From Octopus sinensis (Eukaryota): 46,533 nucleotides of DNA. Within the stretch, counting starts at the first letter, position 1, and every line of letters starts with the position of its first letter. Both the position numbers and the translations under genes were made by a program. This document shows positions 1 through 13,170 of this stretch, one piece after another. The notes below the pieces were generated by a model. That model did no database searches. It was given only the letters and a program-made list of their open reading frames with translations, and was not told the origin of the DNA. The stretch lies in the NCBI RefSeq assembly GCF_006345805.1, contig NW_021834543.1, forward strand, positions 1 to 46,533. The letters run 5' to 3'.

Positions 1-864
1 TTTTGAATTCCTTTCTAAAATAGGTTGAAGTTAAACTACGACCAAAGTGAACAATGGCTTGTTGTAATTCTGGGGGACGGGGTCATACCACCATTCTCCT
101 ATTATCGGTTTCATAAAGACCGGTTACAACTCCTGTCTCTATTCAGTTGTGAAAAGGATAAAAAAATATATATATAAATTCGTAGGAATCCAAATCAATA
201 TATTTATTTAACATATTTAGTTATGAGAATTTCAATTTTTATTATAATCTTTATTTATTTTGATGTATTGGTCTTATTTTTTGATAGCTCAGGTTATATA
301 TATGTATATATATATTTACTTAAATTAATTCTTATATTTAATAGAGGTGTGATTCACTACGTATCACATGCATGGAGTTAGACTTTTTCAAATGGTGGAG
401 GCACATTTCATTTTAAGGTTACTGCCTATGTTTATTACAATTTCTATCATTCATGGAGTGTTTATTTATATATAACTAGATAAAAGTTTATAAAGTTTAT
501 AAAAATATAGGTATACACACACACATACACACGCATATACACATATACATATCTGTATACACACACACGCATACATATTTCTTCTCCCTTATGAATATAA
601 TAAGTTCTCTAGTTCTCATTTATTTAATACAATTGTTAAATGATTTATTTTGATACATCCGCTACAAGTAAGGGCTTCCATGTGTATTCTATTTGATTAA
701 TATAGAATTATTAGTTCTAGATATTTAATTATACACATAATGCCTACTTAATTATATTTATTGGGAATTACTAGACGTAGATCTATTTCTATAATGTCTA
801 TTTAATTTTTTATTTATTTGAATTTATTAAACATATATTTAATCACATGTGGGCTATAAAAACC

Positions 865-1180
865 TCTTTCTCTTCTATTGTCGATTAATTTGTGCTTCAA
901 TGTAATGACCGAGAAAATTTACTTAACGCATAAGTCACACCTTTTGATGCAAGGCTATAAGATTTTGCCCTGCTAATTATTTCCCACTTCAGTGTTTATT
1001 CTTATTTTTGTACTTAATTTCCCATATATAAACTCCTAAAACTAGTGCTAACTTCTTTCCTCTTATCTTCAAAAGTGCGTTCATGGTTGGCTATCCTGCT
1101 TTACATATAATTTTCTGTGGAGCCTTTATAGTAGTAATCCTGCTCCTCTGATATTACTTTATTCCTACATATTATATTTA
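865..1180 (-). pseudogene. Decayed GIY-YIG endonuclease of a Penelope-like element
   Basis: Hand translation of the minus strand gives ...QDYYYKGSTENYM*SRIANHERTFEDKRKEVSTSF...KRCDLCVK, with stops and frameshifts. This matches the PLE endonuclease pattern Y-x-G-x-T...R..NH...F...RCxLC. Confidence 0.7.
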
Positions 1181-1241
1181 TGCTGTTATTTCAGTCTGTA
1201 AGCAACTCTTTATCAATCAGGATGTGAACGAATATTTGTCA

Positions 1242-1340
1242 ATCATTTACCCTGAAGAGAGTTATACCTTTTAAATGCATAATGCAATCTTAATTGCAAA
1301 ATATGAATGAAGGTAAGAAATTGAAACGTACGTAAGCGAT
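1242..1340 (+). ncRNA. Minimal type I hammerhead ribozyme-like fold
   Basis: Core CTGAAGA 1252-1258, GAAAC 1323-1327, GTA 1328-1330. Stem I ATCATTTACC/CGTAAGCGAT pairs at 8 of 10 positions (first pair C-C mismatched). Stem II is imperfect but extended by TACCTT/AAGGTA. Confidence 0.55.
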
Positions 1341-1402
1341 AAGAAATTGACAATTATATAAATAAATTGATTTTTTCTGTGTTCAAAATCTCCATTTCCC
1401 TT

Positions 1403-1425
1403 TATATAATATATATATATGTATG

Positions 1426-1456
<31 letters not shown>

Positions 1457-1506
1457 CATATACCATATGCATATATAGTTTGTCTATCTGTACAGATACA
1501 TCCATA

Positions 1507-1553
<47 letters not shown>

Positions 1554-1625
1554 TATAGATATATATACGTATACATGTAAGTATGTACATATACGTATGG
1601 ATATATGCATATATATATGTTATTT
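1403..1625. repeat. Compound (TA)n microsatellite
   Basis: Directly visible. Confidence 0.95.
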
Positions 1626-1679
1626 ATATTATTATATGACTGAATGCCACGCATTTTCTTCCAAGTAAGTTTTATCTCA

Positions 1680-2272
1680 ATAATTCTGATGCGCACTCTA
1701 TACAATCTTTTTACTCTTTCATTTTTCTCTCTTCTAATTCTTTTACCTCTTCTTCTCCCACTATTCTATACTATAACTCTGTCACTCTCTCTCCTTCACT
1801 CCTCCTCCCTTGCTCATGTGGCTGCAACGGGACGATCGGCCATCTTTCTTTCTTCTCCTAACTTGTGTTTCTTTCTTTCTCTCCGTTGTACCTGGAACAA
1901 GCAAGACGTGTTGTTGTCTGTCTCCTGTCGAAGCTTCATTTACGCGTTCACCATCACAACCTCGTTTAGGCTTAACAGCCGTTCCTGTTTGTTTTCACTG
2001 TCTTGTTTATGTTACCAATTTTGACCCTCCGCAAAATCCCACATTTTATTTAAGTTGCTTTGCAGAAGCAACTGTTTTATCGAAAGTTTACATTGCTGTT
2101 AAATGCTCGAAATACGAGAGTGGAAAAACAGCCAACAACTGATGAAGGGTCGTTCTTTATGTTGTTTGTCTTGTTTTCCATTTTACGTTGTTCGAATAAA
2201 TAGTTCATATTTCATGTACTTGTACTTCGTCTTTTTTTGTACGTTTCATGACGTCCTGTGCCCACATTTGCA
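1680..2272 (+). mobile_element. Probable PLE 3' UTR / pseudo-LTR remnant
   Basis: Pyrimidine-rich tract, then GAAA (2109) ... CTGATGA (2139), then a T-rich tail ending in (TA)n. Same layout as 42313-42720 and the reverse complement of 28235-28395. Confidence 0.4.
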
Positions 2273-2285
2273 TATATATATATAA

Positions 2286-2358
<73 letters not shown>

Positions 2359-2830
2359 TAGATAGATAGATATATATATATATGTATGTATGTATGTATA
2401 TATATGTATAATATTAGGTAATAATAATAATAATAATAATAATAATCCATGGTTGGAATTTGTAAATATTTTAATGCATTGTTATGCGCGTTTCCACAAA
2501 TACCAGGTCTCTTACGACTATAGCCTGTATTCGCTGCAGCTGCATAAAACCGCTGTTGCAAGTTAGTATCATTAGGATGTGGTCGACATAATAAAATAGG
2601 AGCTTTAATATGCGAACTAAAAGACGTTTTCCGTAAACGAACTTAAAGTGTATGTATGTATGCATGCATGTATGTATGTATGTATGTATGTATGTATGTA
2701 TGTATGTATGTATGTATGTATGTATGTATGTATGTATGTATGTATGTGTGTATGCATGTATGTATGTATGCATGTATGCATGTATGTATGTATGCATGTA
2801 TGCATTTATGTATGTATATATAATAATATA

Positions 2831-2863
<33 letters not shown>

Positions 2864-2952
2864 GCACATATATATATATATACATACACATATATATATT
2901 GTATATATATGTCTATATTTATACATAGTTATATATACATTTGTGTGTATAC

Positions 2953-3020
<68 letters not shown>
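2273..3020. repeat. Microsatellite cluster: (TA)n, (GATA)n, (TAA)n, (TATG)n 2648-2815, (TG)n
   Basis: Directly visible; includes a unique-looking interval at about 2450-2645. Confidence 0.9.
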
Positions 3021-3022
<2 letters not shown>

Positions 3023-3562
3023 TGTAATACATGTGTGCGTGTATGGAGAGAGAGATAAATTATATAGATAGATATAGATTGGTATACATAAATTTATACA
3101 CATACTTATGAACATACACAAACATATACAAACGCACGCAAACACGTATGATTGTTGGCGCCTATATCTTGTCAATGTTTTTTGCAAGTTGTGAACACGA
3201 GTATACATGATATATTCAGCTAGACAATTATACTATCAGGCTTTGTCTTCGTTTTGTATTTTGCAATGAAGCATCAAGCTACAGTTATTAATGCATTCAT
3301 ATGATGAGTAAAGAGTGCGATTACAATGACGTTGGTTGTTTTATTTTTAGGTTGTGATGGCCAACATAAAAATAACGACGTTCTAATACTACATCCAACT
3401 ACAAACTACTTGGTGACGCCTACAGTTAACTCTTTAAATATCGCATATTTAAACAAATGGCAACAAACTGCAACACACGCATGCGCGTACTCACTCACAA
3501 AGTACACACACACACATTTATGTATGTATGTATATATATATGTATAAATATATATTTATATA

Positions 3563-3970
3563 TACTCTTTTACTCTTTTACTTGTTTCAGTCATTTGACT
3601 GCGGCCATGCTGGAACACCGCCTTTAATCGAGCAACTCGACCCCGGAACTTATTCTATTTTTGTAAGCCCAGTACTTATTCTATCGGTCTCTTTTGCCGA
3701 ACCGCTAAGTAACGGGGACATAAACACACCAGCATTGGTTGTCAAGCAATGCTAGGGGGACAAACACAGACACACAAACACACACACGCATATTCATATA
3801 TACATATATACGACGGGCTTCTTTCAGTTTCCGTCTACCAAATCCACTGACAAGGCTTTGGTCAGCCCGAGGCTATAGTAGAAGACACTTGCCCAAGGTG
3901 CCACGCAGTGGGACTGAACCCGGAACCATGTGGTTGGTAAACAAGCTACTTACCACACAGCCACTCCTGC
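3563..3970 (-). mobile_element. tRNA-derived SINE, family B (full length)
   Basis: Head GCAGGAGTGGCTGTGTGGTAAG...GGTTCAGTCCC with Pol III A/B-box-like motifs, CCTTGGGCAAGTGTCTT body, internal (TA)/(TG) tract and (AAAAGAGT)n tail. Near-identical to copies at 6114, 14160, 36915 and 39925. May be one of the published octopus OK/OR SINE families (not verified). Confidence 0.9.
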
Positions 3971-4335
3971 ATATATATACATATATAAATACACACACAC
4001 ACACACATATATATATACATATGTGCGTGAATGTATGTATGTGCGTTATTTGAAGCTGTAATTCACTGTAGTCGTTGCTCTGAGTTACGTCCGATAGATT
4101 ATGAAATGACAGCAGTTTGATATGAGAATAATGACGGTAAATCCTTGCAGCTCAGTATTGAATACTTTTTTCCTCGCGTTTGCAAATTCAAATGTTTAAA
4201 TTGAGCAATCAAACTCAGATTGCTCATAAGCTTAAATTGAGCAATCTGAAACAAACTTACACAGAACTCTGCTCTAAATATATATGAGTGTGTGCCCGAG
4301 ATGGCGTATGGCATATTTAAAACCTAAGTCGAAGT

Positions 4336-4710
4336 TTATTTACAAAATGTATTACTGTTATTACTATCACTTACAAGAAAATAATAATGTCTTATAAAAT
4401 AAAGATAATGGTATCATACAGAACGTAACCATAGAGAAAAATGGAGGCCTTTTGGTTTTTAAAAGAACTTCATTTCAAACACTACAAACTGAACTTAACT
4501 GACAACCCTCCATAGCGATAAATTAATCCCACCAAAATCATTTTTTGGCAAACTCATTTTAGGGCGAATCAACATCACCATTCAAATAATTAAGTTTAAC
4601 ATTTTAGACTAAGAGCACCTCACTCACAAATTGGTTTTTAAAATATTTAACACCAACTATTTATAATTTACTATATTTGGTATCATCCATCCTTTATTAT
4701 AATCATTACT
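4336..4710 (+). repeat. 375 bp direct duplication, copy 1
   Basis: Nearly identical to 7081-7457. Confidence 0.9.
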
Positions 4711-5113
4711 AAAAGGACTGTAACTAAAGGTAAATTCAAACATTCAGCGAATAGTGGGTCGATGAAAAGAAAACCACTGTATATCTGCTGTTGACTAGAA
4801 TTCCCGAATGTGGCACGCCATCATTGGTGTTAGAAGAGACTAAAAAGATATGACAATAATATATTATGATTATCATAAGATTCAATGTCTGTTTCTGCAT
4901 CGCAATTTTGTCGTAAACGATACATTATATCAGTAAAATATTTCAGTTAACTCTTAAACACAAATCTTTTAGGGTAAAATCACCTTTAATTCACTTCTTG
5001 GATTTGGAATCTTGAAGAATCAGAAAAATCATTGTTGCATGCTTTATCAGAATAGAAAACTGATTTTCAGTCATTTTTGAAATGTAGCCAATTAAATTTG
5101 GACGCCAATAATG

Positions 5114-5997
5114 TACGTGGTCTGATCAATAAGTATCCAGACTGTGCCCATTGTAACGAAGCTGAAGTACGGAAAGTAAAGCCCATATTGAACTTAAAAC
5201 TCTGCTATGCGTGGACACTAAATTTTAACGTTTTAGCTCACTTCCGCTCTTTACAGCAGTGCTTGGAAGTAACGTGTGCAACGTGTGTTCGTCACATTGA
5301 CCATGACAGTGAAAATTGAGCAAAGAATTTGCATCTACTTTGGCAAAACGCTTGACGATACCTTGCTCACAAGCCTATGCAAAGTTTCCAAAAATTTTCA
5401 TCGTTCTCGACGCAATCAAGGATATCTTGTGCGACTGAAACCTGAGTGTACTTTCGGTCAGCTGAAAGCAGTTTTGCCACAAACTTGATAGACATGTGTC
5501 TCATACCCAAATCTTCAGTGATAATAGACTGAACTAGACCGTAACCAATCTGCACATCCTCTGATAACTCAGGGATGGTGATTCGACGATTCCCCTCACA
5601 GTTACACGCACTTCTGCGATGTTTTTCTTAGTTCTGCTGGTTGCAGGTCTCCTAGAACGTTCGTCAATATCGACATTTTTTCGGCCATCTTGGAAACGTC
5701 TGAACCACTCGTACACTTGGGTGCGGCTCATACACTCCCCTCCATACGCTTTCTGTAACTTTGGGTCGGCAAAGTCTGAGCAGGTATCGCCATGACAACT
5801 TTCACTGTCAGGGTCGATGAGACGATCACACGTTACTTCGAAGCACTGTTGTAAACAGCGGAAGTGAGCTAGGACGTTAAATCGTGGTGCACATGCACAA
5901 CAGAGGTCAAGGTCAATCTGTTCCAAGCTGCTTTACTCTGTTTCCTTTAGCTTCGTTACTATGTCAACATTCCGGATACTTATTGATCAAACCTACA
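5114..5997. mobile_element. Non-autonomous mariner derivative made of two 5' ends head to head
   Basis: TIR GGTCTGATCAATAAGTATCC at about 5119 and its inverse at about 5973-5993, with TA at 5114. The + arm encodes MTVKIEQRICIYF. The - arm encodes LQKAYGGECMSRTQVYEWFRRFQDGR...DERSRRPATS and IITEDLGMRHMSIKFVAKLL (mariner HTH region). Confidence 0.85.
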
Positions 5998-6000
5998 TGC

Positions 6001-6103
6001 GTGTATGCGTGTGTGTGTGTGTGTTTGTGTTTGTGTTTGTTCCCATCACCGCTTGACGACTGGTGTTGGTGTGTTTATGTTCCCGTAACTTTACGGTTCG
6101 GCA
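6001..6103 (+). mobile_element. SINE family B, partial body
   Basis: Matches the CGCTTGAC...GGTGTGTTTATGT...CGGTTCGGCAA part of family B. Confidence 0.7.
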
Positions 6104-6113
6104 ATTATATTCG

Positions 6114-6520
6114 GCAGGAGTGGCTGTGTGGTAAGTAGCTTGTTTACCAACCACATGGTTCCGGGTTCAGTCCCACTGCGTGGCACCTTGAGCAAGTGTC
6201 TTCTGCTATAACCTCGGGCCGACCAATGCCTTGTGAGTGGATTTGGTAGACGGAAACTGAAAGAAGCCCGTCGTATATATGTATATATATATGCGTGTGT
6301 GTGTTTGTGTGTCTGTGTTTGTCCCCCTAGCATTGCTTGACAACCGATGCTGGTGTGCTTATGTCCCCGTTACTTAGCGGTTCGGCAAAAGAGACCGATA
6401 GAATAAGTACTGGGCTTACAAAAAAGAATAAGTCCCGGGATCGAGTTGCTCGACTAAAGGCGGTGCTCCAGCATGGCCGCAGTCAAATGACTGAAACAAG
6501 TAAAAGAGTAAAAGAGAGAG
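6114..6520 (+). mobile_element. SINE family B (full length)
   Basis: Runs from the GCAGGAGTGGCTGTGTGG head to the AAGTAAAAGAGTAAAAGAG tail. Confidence 0.9.
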
Positions 6521-7080
6521 TATATATATATATCGATAATAAATAAGTAAATAAACTGTCTTTGAAACGTAACACTCGCTTATACATACATGAATTTTCT
6601 ACAGAGCCACGCACACACGTATGTATGTATATGTATTTGCGTGTTTGTGAATACAATATACGCATAAAACGAAAGAGGACTCAAAACTTGACAACGTAGA
6701 ATAATATATTTATTTGAAGCTGAAGATTACATATGTACTTTATGACTCACCAGCGCTGGTTTTCTCAGGCTTATTACTTATATAGTTAAACCTAACACGT
6801 ATTATCGCTTTTTATAATTGACTTTGAAGTTGCTATGATTAGTTAAAATTTATAATCATTAATTATAAATGTGTGTGAAAAATGAGAGGCTGGTAACAAA
6901 ATATGTCTGTAAATGATTATAACTCTAGTTTTGAAAAATACAAATATAAAAGGTATGAAAAATAAAAAGAAAGAAAATCTAGCGATGAATTTAAGAAATA
7001 TACAAAATTTAATCAAAATCATTAACACTATTGATGATGCTACAAATAAAAACGAAATGAAATATAATTCCTAAAATAGA

Positions 7081-7457
7081 TTATTTACAAAATGTATTAC
7101 TGTTATTACTATCACTTACAAGAAAATAATAATGTCTTATAAAATAAAGATAATGGTATCACACAGAACGTAACCATCGAGAAAAATGGCGGCCTTTTGG
7201 TTTTTTAAAAGAACTTCATTTCAAACACTACAAACTGAACTTAACTGACAACCCTCCATAGCGATAAATTAATCCCACCAAAACTCATTTTTTGGCAAAC
7301 TCATTTCAGGGCGAATGAACATCACCATTCAAATAATTAAGTTTAACATTTTAGACTAAGAGCACTTCAGTCACAAATTGGTTTTTAAAATATTTAACAC
7401 CAACTATTTATAATTTACTATATTTGGTATCATCCATCCTTTATTATAATCATTACT
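7081..7457 (+). repeat. 375 bp direct duplication, copy 2
   Basis: Nearly identical to 4336-4710. Confidence 0.9.
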
Positions 7458-7765
7458 CTTGAAACAGTTTGAATTTGTAAAGTAACACTCTTCCATAGCA
7501 GAGAATGAAAACTATGATACTGTATGTTAGAAAGTATGTTATATTTTTTTAACAACAAAATCCAAATAAAAACAAATTATTCTTAAATTCTAATGTCAGC
7601 ATTGGAGTAATAATCGTTAGCTTATTTAAAAGTTTTTAACGAACAACAGCAAAAAATGACTAAGCCTGAAAACTATCAGTAAGTAATTCTAAAGAAGTAA
7701 TTCTAAAATACGAAGTTTTTATCGAAAGTAATGCAAAAGTGGGAAAACCCTTTTTTATAAACTAA

Positions 7766-8161
7766 CTAGCAGTATCGCCCGGCGTTGCTCGGGTTTGTAC
7801 GAGAAATAACTATATAACCATTTTTAGAGATGTAAAGTATAATAGCCATCTCAATATGGCTAACCACAAAGGGGGGGGGGTTACTGTAGATTTTTACGTT
7901 CTGAGATTTAATAATACATTTTTAGAGAGTTACTTCCCTTATATATGCCAAAAATGCATTAAAAATACGGAAAAATTGATGGTAATTTTTTTTTAATCGT
8001 AGACTCATCGTAGGCGCGCGCTAATACCCAGAAGGGCTCGATATGAATCACGACTATAAGATACCCGGTTTTGGTTAAACTGCACCGCAAAATGTGGGAG
8101 TAGTTAGGAATCTAAATCGTAGGAGACAGATAGCACACAACCTCACTTTTATATATAAAGA
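7766..8161 (-). mobile_element. Non-autonomous Helitron
   Basis: On the minus strand it reads A|TC start ... CCCGAGCAACGCCGGG hairpin, short spacer, CTAG|T end, with no TSD. It is the reverse complement of 17923-18319. Confidence 0.85.
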
Positions 8162-8234
8162 TATAAGTCGTTCAAACGCTTCCACTATAGTAATTCACTC
8201 TTCTTTCAGTTTTTCTGTTTTGCAAGCAAATAAA

Positions 8235-8530
8235 GTCGTTGAGTTCTTGACGAAGGCAGGCTGACCGAGATCTTCAGAAGGTTACCCTTTGTCTAAGGTG
8301 ATGATACCATTGACAAGAATAATGCGTAGAAATATATGAAGATGTGCAAAGGATGAAAACAGCATCGAAGACAAACCCCGCAGTGTGAGACCACCAATTG
8401 CAACTACTGACACGCATCGCCAGCAAGTGGATAAATTGATTTGTGGGAACAGACTGCAGTTGCAATACACTATAGGAGATTTTGGGTGAAAACTTTGGTT
8501 ATCAGAAAGTGTCCACAAAGTTGGTACTTT
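8235..8530 (+). pseudogene. Mariner-family transposase N-terminal fragment
   Basis: Translates as VVEFLTKAG*... and DKPRSVRPPIATTDTHRQQVDKLICGNR (RSGRP-like linker), with stops and frameshifts. Confidence 0.7.
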
Positions 8531-8602
8531 GACAGGTGACTGGGCCTACTTCCTCCATTCTGTCCTTGATAGGGCAGATGATAGTTGGCATTGTCTCGAT
8601 AA

Positions 8603-8838
8603 ATACCTATTTCTTTATTGCCCACAAGGGACTAAACATAGAGGGGACAAACAAGGACAGACATAGGTATTAAGTCGATTACATCAACCCCAGTGCGTAA
8701 CTGGTACTTAATTTATCGACCCCGAAAGGATGAAAGGCAAAGTCGACCTCGGCGGAATTTGAACTCAGAACGTAACGGCAGACGAAATAGGGCTACGCAT
8801 TTCGCCCGGCGTGCTAACGTTTCTACCAGCTCTCGTCT
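8603..8838 (-). mobile_element. tRNA-derived SINE, family C (long tail)
   Basis: Head with GAGTTCAAATTCC B-box, central GTCGACTTTGCCTTTCATCCTTTCGGGGTCGATAAATTAAGTACCAG domain, and tail ending AAAGAAATAGGTAT. Confidence 0.9.
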
Positions 8839-9938
8839 CGGTAAATACCGATGGATGTCTTCACCAATTCCGATTTTTATCTCAAAATTTTAGGATAGGA
8901 TTTTATATTTCTCAAAGAGATAAATATCGGAACTTCTGGATTTTTGTAGGGTCTTCTATCAATATTCATCGGGGAAATACCTACTACCAATTGGCTAAAA
9001 TGACTTTATTTCCCACAGAATAGGTGTCCTTAGCCTGAAAGATAACCCCACTTTGAAAAAATATATATTACAAAACCTAAAAGTTCCTTTCTTTTGTATA
9101 TTTTACATATATGGAACTGTAGACAAGATATCACGTATTTTCGCTTGTGAATAAATGAATACATTCCTTGTATTACGAACCCAAATTCATGCTATTACTG
9201 TCTCTGAAGTCTTTTGTTTACTAAATTTTTGCTTTAATTATGAAAATGTTCTCTGCACTTTTTGTATACGTCTAAGCCTCATTTATGGTTGGAGTCAATA
9301 TAGAACAACCTTTATACTATGTCACCTAATGAGCCATAAACACATGGCCACATCCGTCACCCTTCTAGAGATAAAAAAGAAACGGATTGCCACGTCAGTT
9401 CCTGAAGATTCTTGATCTTTGAAATTATCCTCACTTCGGCATCGGTTGCAATTGCCACGACGTATTTGCTTATTTTCTGTTAAAGCGAAGTGTGTGTCAT
9501 TAAATCAAGAATTTATTTTATATGTTATTTACTATAAACCTATTCGTCTTTGCCAACCAGCTTCTAGCCATTTAGTTATTTCTCTTGGCATGTTTTTTTA
9601 TGATTTTGTAACTGTTTGTCAGGCAACTCAATAAAGTTATTCCACCAGTGGATATCCTCTCATTTTTGTTCCATAACACGCACTATATTTTCCGATGCAA
9701 CATCTTTATTTAGAGTAGTATTTTGCAATTTGGTGGACGTTCGGCTGCTATTTCTGTTCAAAAGCCCGATTAGGAGCTCATGCATTGGCTCGTCATCAAA
9801 TTATTTTCTTAGCTTGTAATTACAGTAGGACGACTATCACTTTTAATTTTGTAATGCCGTTGTGTTTGCGATGACACCAATACCGTCTCTGCGCAAAAGA
9901 TGAGCAGGTTAAAAGCCAGTAGCCTATTCCGGGTACTA

Positions 9939-10174
9939 ATACCTATTTCTTTACTACCCACAAGGGGCTAAACACAGAGAGGACAAACAAGGACAAACAA
10001 ACGGATCAAGTCGATTAAATCGACCCCATTGCGTAACTGGTACTTAATTTATCGACCCCGAACGGATGAAAACAAAGTCGACCTCGGCGGAATTTGAACA
10101 GAGAACGTAACGGTAGACGAAATACAGGTACCCATTTCGCCCGGCGTGCTAATGTTTCTGCCAGCTCGCCGCCA
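9939..10174 (-). mobile_element. SINE family C (long tail)
   Basis: Same family as 8603-8838. Confidence 0.9.
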
Positions 10175-11252
10175 TATTCAATTCTGCTAAGACCCTCAAA
10201 AGACCAGGTAATGTGTTTAGCCGTGTGGTGTGTTAGGCCAGCCATTTAAATAAAACACACACACACACACACGAATTATCATACATAAAAAAATTCGAAT
10301 TAAAGATTAAATTATTTAGAGAAACTGAGTTATGCCACGTTTCATGGCGTTAGAGACGATGTTCTGTATATTTAACGACGTTGTGTGATGTTAAAAAAAT
10401 ATTTAAGTGTTAAATGAGTGTGTTAGATAACATCAGGAAATATTAAACTATTGCAAAAATGAGGTTAGTTTGTGCTTATAGATATACTGGCATAACTAGT
10501 GAATGACACTATATGACCTTAGAAAATATTGAACTGTTCACTAAGTGACATTAAGCGACTTCAGGAAATGTTGCACATGACTATAAAAGTATTTTCTTTT
10601 GAATGCGTGACGTTATGAGACATTGGGTAATATGTGGACTATTAAGTGCCGTTAGAAGTGCCGAACGTCCCCAGACTGAATCTACAAATCGTTTTTTTTT
10701 TTATATCAGGATGCTGCTGTCGTTTTAGCTGATCGCAGATTGCTTGTGCATTGGGGAATGGCATGAATGTTATATAGTCTAATTTAATCCACCAATCGCC
10801 CGCTATAAAACTTTGACCTTTAGTCAATATATGAAAAACCCACATCGTGAGCGAAGTGCAGCCTATTTTATGTTCATTCTTGAAATATATTAGTTATTGG
10901 TTGATCAGTTGTCGTTTAATTACTGCAAGAAGACAGACGTAGCAGCAGGAGACAGTGGTTATTCCAATATAGTAAAACTGTTCTATTTCCAGCCTTGTAA
11001 CTTGAGCTATCTTCAAATAATGTATTATTGTTAATCTTACTGGCTGTCTTTTCTTTTCTTTCTGTCGCCTTTCTTTGATAAAATATCCTGTAGTAAGATA
11101 TGAATTTATCATTTTTTTAGTCGCTTCTATTTGATATACTAAGGTTTTACTGGAGTTTATTTCAGTTATAAAACGGGTGACATTTCTTTGGAAATAAATG
11201 ATAGGAATGTGTTCAGAAATACGGATTAGTAGTCTAATGAGTGGATATTTAT

Positions 11253-11254
<2 letters not shown>

Positions 11255-11320
<66 letters not shown>
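11255..11320. repeat. (CT)n microsatellite
   Basis: Directly visible. Confidence 0.95.
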
Positions 11321-11328
<8 letters not shown>

Positions 11329-11487
11329 TTTTTCTCCCTTGTCTGCATTGTGTATCGATGAGACTTTATATGTATAGCAATGGAATATGCGTGATTACAT
11401 TTTGATTTTTATGTATGTATACACACACACACAAACACCTACATACACACACGCACACATATAATATAAGATTATACACACACACAC

Positions 11488-11519
<32 letters not shown>

Positions 11520-12300
11520 CATGCATATATACCTACTTACTACATATACCATTGACCCTCGTTAGACGGGTTCCTTTAGCCCAGATAATGGATAAAAAGG
11601 ATAACATCAGAATTAAGAAAATGACTGACAGATTCACTCGCTGCCATTTTGAGGCTTATTAACTTTATGGCGGCATATATGCTGAGCGTGCAATAATAAT
11701 AAATTCGTCATAAATGTTAAGATTAGTCAATACTATGATCATGGATTATTATGAAATGCAGCAGTCATTCTGTGACAACTCTAAATACCTCGCAGCTAGC
11801 TGTACCATGATATAGAACCGGGTAAATGCTACGATAATGAGAACAAAAAATAATAATAATAAAGACAGAAGTTGAGTGTTATTTAACTTCCGCACGCTTT
11901 TAAAACCTTCTCAGTTGTGTCCTTTCTTCTTCTTAACTAGCTTTTAATTTTCCTTCTCTAAGGATTCATTCATCCATTTTCACCGTTTCTTATATATGGC
12001 ATACACTTTCTCCTACGATTCCACTCCACCTCTAATAACCACTGCATTTTCGTGGTGAGAAGTTGTGTGTATAAATTCATTGGAAATTTGCTGAAACTGA
12101 ATTTCTCTATTCTAATTCTGTTGTGGTATTATCAAGATAAAATCTGGCTGTAGTTTGTTTTCAAATCTAATAATATAAGCTGGAATGCCAGGATTAAGTC
12201 AGAGAAGACTAACCCAAAGTTTGTATGTTATTTTTTGAGTTATACTATATCTGACTTCATTCAGCAGAGTAGCATATTGCACATTGTGAAAACAACTGGA

Positions 12301-12398
12301 TGGAAGCACTCCGTCGGTTACGACGACGAGGGTTCCGGTTGATCCGATCCTACGACCGCGAGACCGCTGCCCTAACCACTGGGCCATTGCGCCTCCAC
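12301..12398 (-). mobile_element. tRNA-derived SINE, family A, internally deleted
   Basis: The head TGGAGGCGCAATGGCCCAGTGGTTAGGGCAGCGG is joined to the last ~50 nt of the tail at a GATC microhomology (12346-12349). Confidence 0.85.
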
Positions 12399-12779
12399 TA
12401 TGAAAACAACTATCATACGCAACACCGCTCAACATGTATTCTCCTACATTTTTTATTAATATTCCAGCAATTAGGTAGCTTGTAGCTTCGTATTTTATAT
12501 TATGGCTTCATTTAAATAATAAGTATGTGTCTCAATCTGTGAATCAAAAACTAGAACGTATAAGGAGGTTAGAGGGTAGTACTTCGATAGCGAAAAATTG
12601 CGAAGAATGCGGTGGTAAAAAGCATGCAGTTTTGAATACCCATCAGGCTAAGAACAAGCTCACTGTATTTTGAGTGAAATACAATATCGATGCCAATTCT
12701 GAATCCTTATCAGATCCTTATCAGTTGGTGCGAGAAAGCTGTTAGGAAGTGCAAAAGTTACAAATCTTAAGGAGGCAGT

Positions 12780-13170
12780 GACAAAGTAGTTACAGGTCTG
12801 TTTTCTAGAAATTAAAAATGCAACTCTCGAGGCGAGCCTTTTAAAAACAGAATTCAGCTGCAAATCACATGATTTCATAATTAGTGCAGAAATGCACTTT
12901 TTAATCTTCAGTGCAAGCATAATTCAAGATTTATAACGAATGAACAAAAGAGTCCCTCCTAGCGTGTGGCGTTTATGTATAGTAATGCCCTCAATATAAT
13001 ATGAATAAATATATTTAAGAAAAAGATTGACGGATTTTTCTCGTGTGAGGTTTTTTATGCTAACTACTTGATACATTCTAAAAGGTTTTATCCTATTTTT
13101 AAATTGTAAATTTAACCGGAGTATATTCAGTACAGAATTTTTATCCGTTTTCTAGAAATTAAAACTGCAG
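12780..13170. repeat. Unclassified dispersed repeat, shared with 18570-18843
   Basis: 12822-12896 is the reverse complement of about 18572-18645. About 12947-13110 matches 18698-18843 in the same orientation. Confidence 0.7.

Noticed and set aside
96-158. Minus-strand hammerhead-like remnant (CTGAATA...GAAACCGATA)
   Set aside because: G8 is lost, three extra bases precede GAAA and stem I is weak. It sits where a 3' pseudo-LTR would be expected but is too decayed to call.
655-700. Possible MGSP...VAD reverse transcriptase motif on the minus strand
   Set aside because: It needs two frameshifts and lies downstream of the endonuclease, which is the wrong order.
9400-9432. CTGAAGA...GAAA spacing
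   Set aside because: No stem II, III or I pairing.
9420-9900. Possible MULE-like transposase relic on the minus strand
   Set aside because: Only vague similarity and no diagnostic motif. A profile search would be needed.
10642-11112. Two short complex ORFs (67 and 72 aa) as candidate host exons
   Set aside because: No recognisable domain and no convincing splice-site pair.
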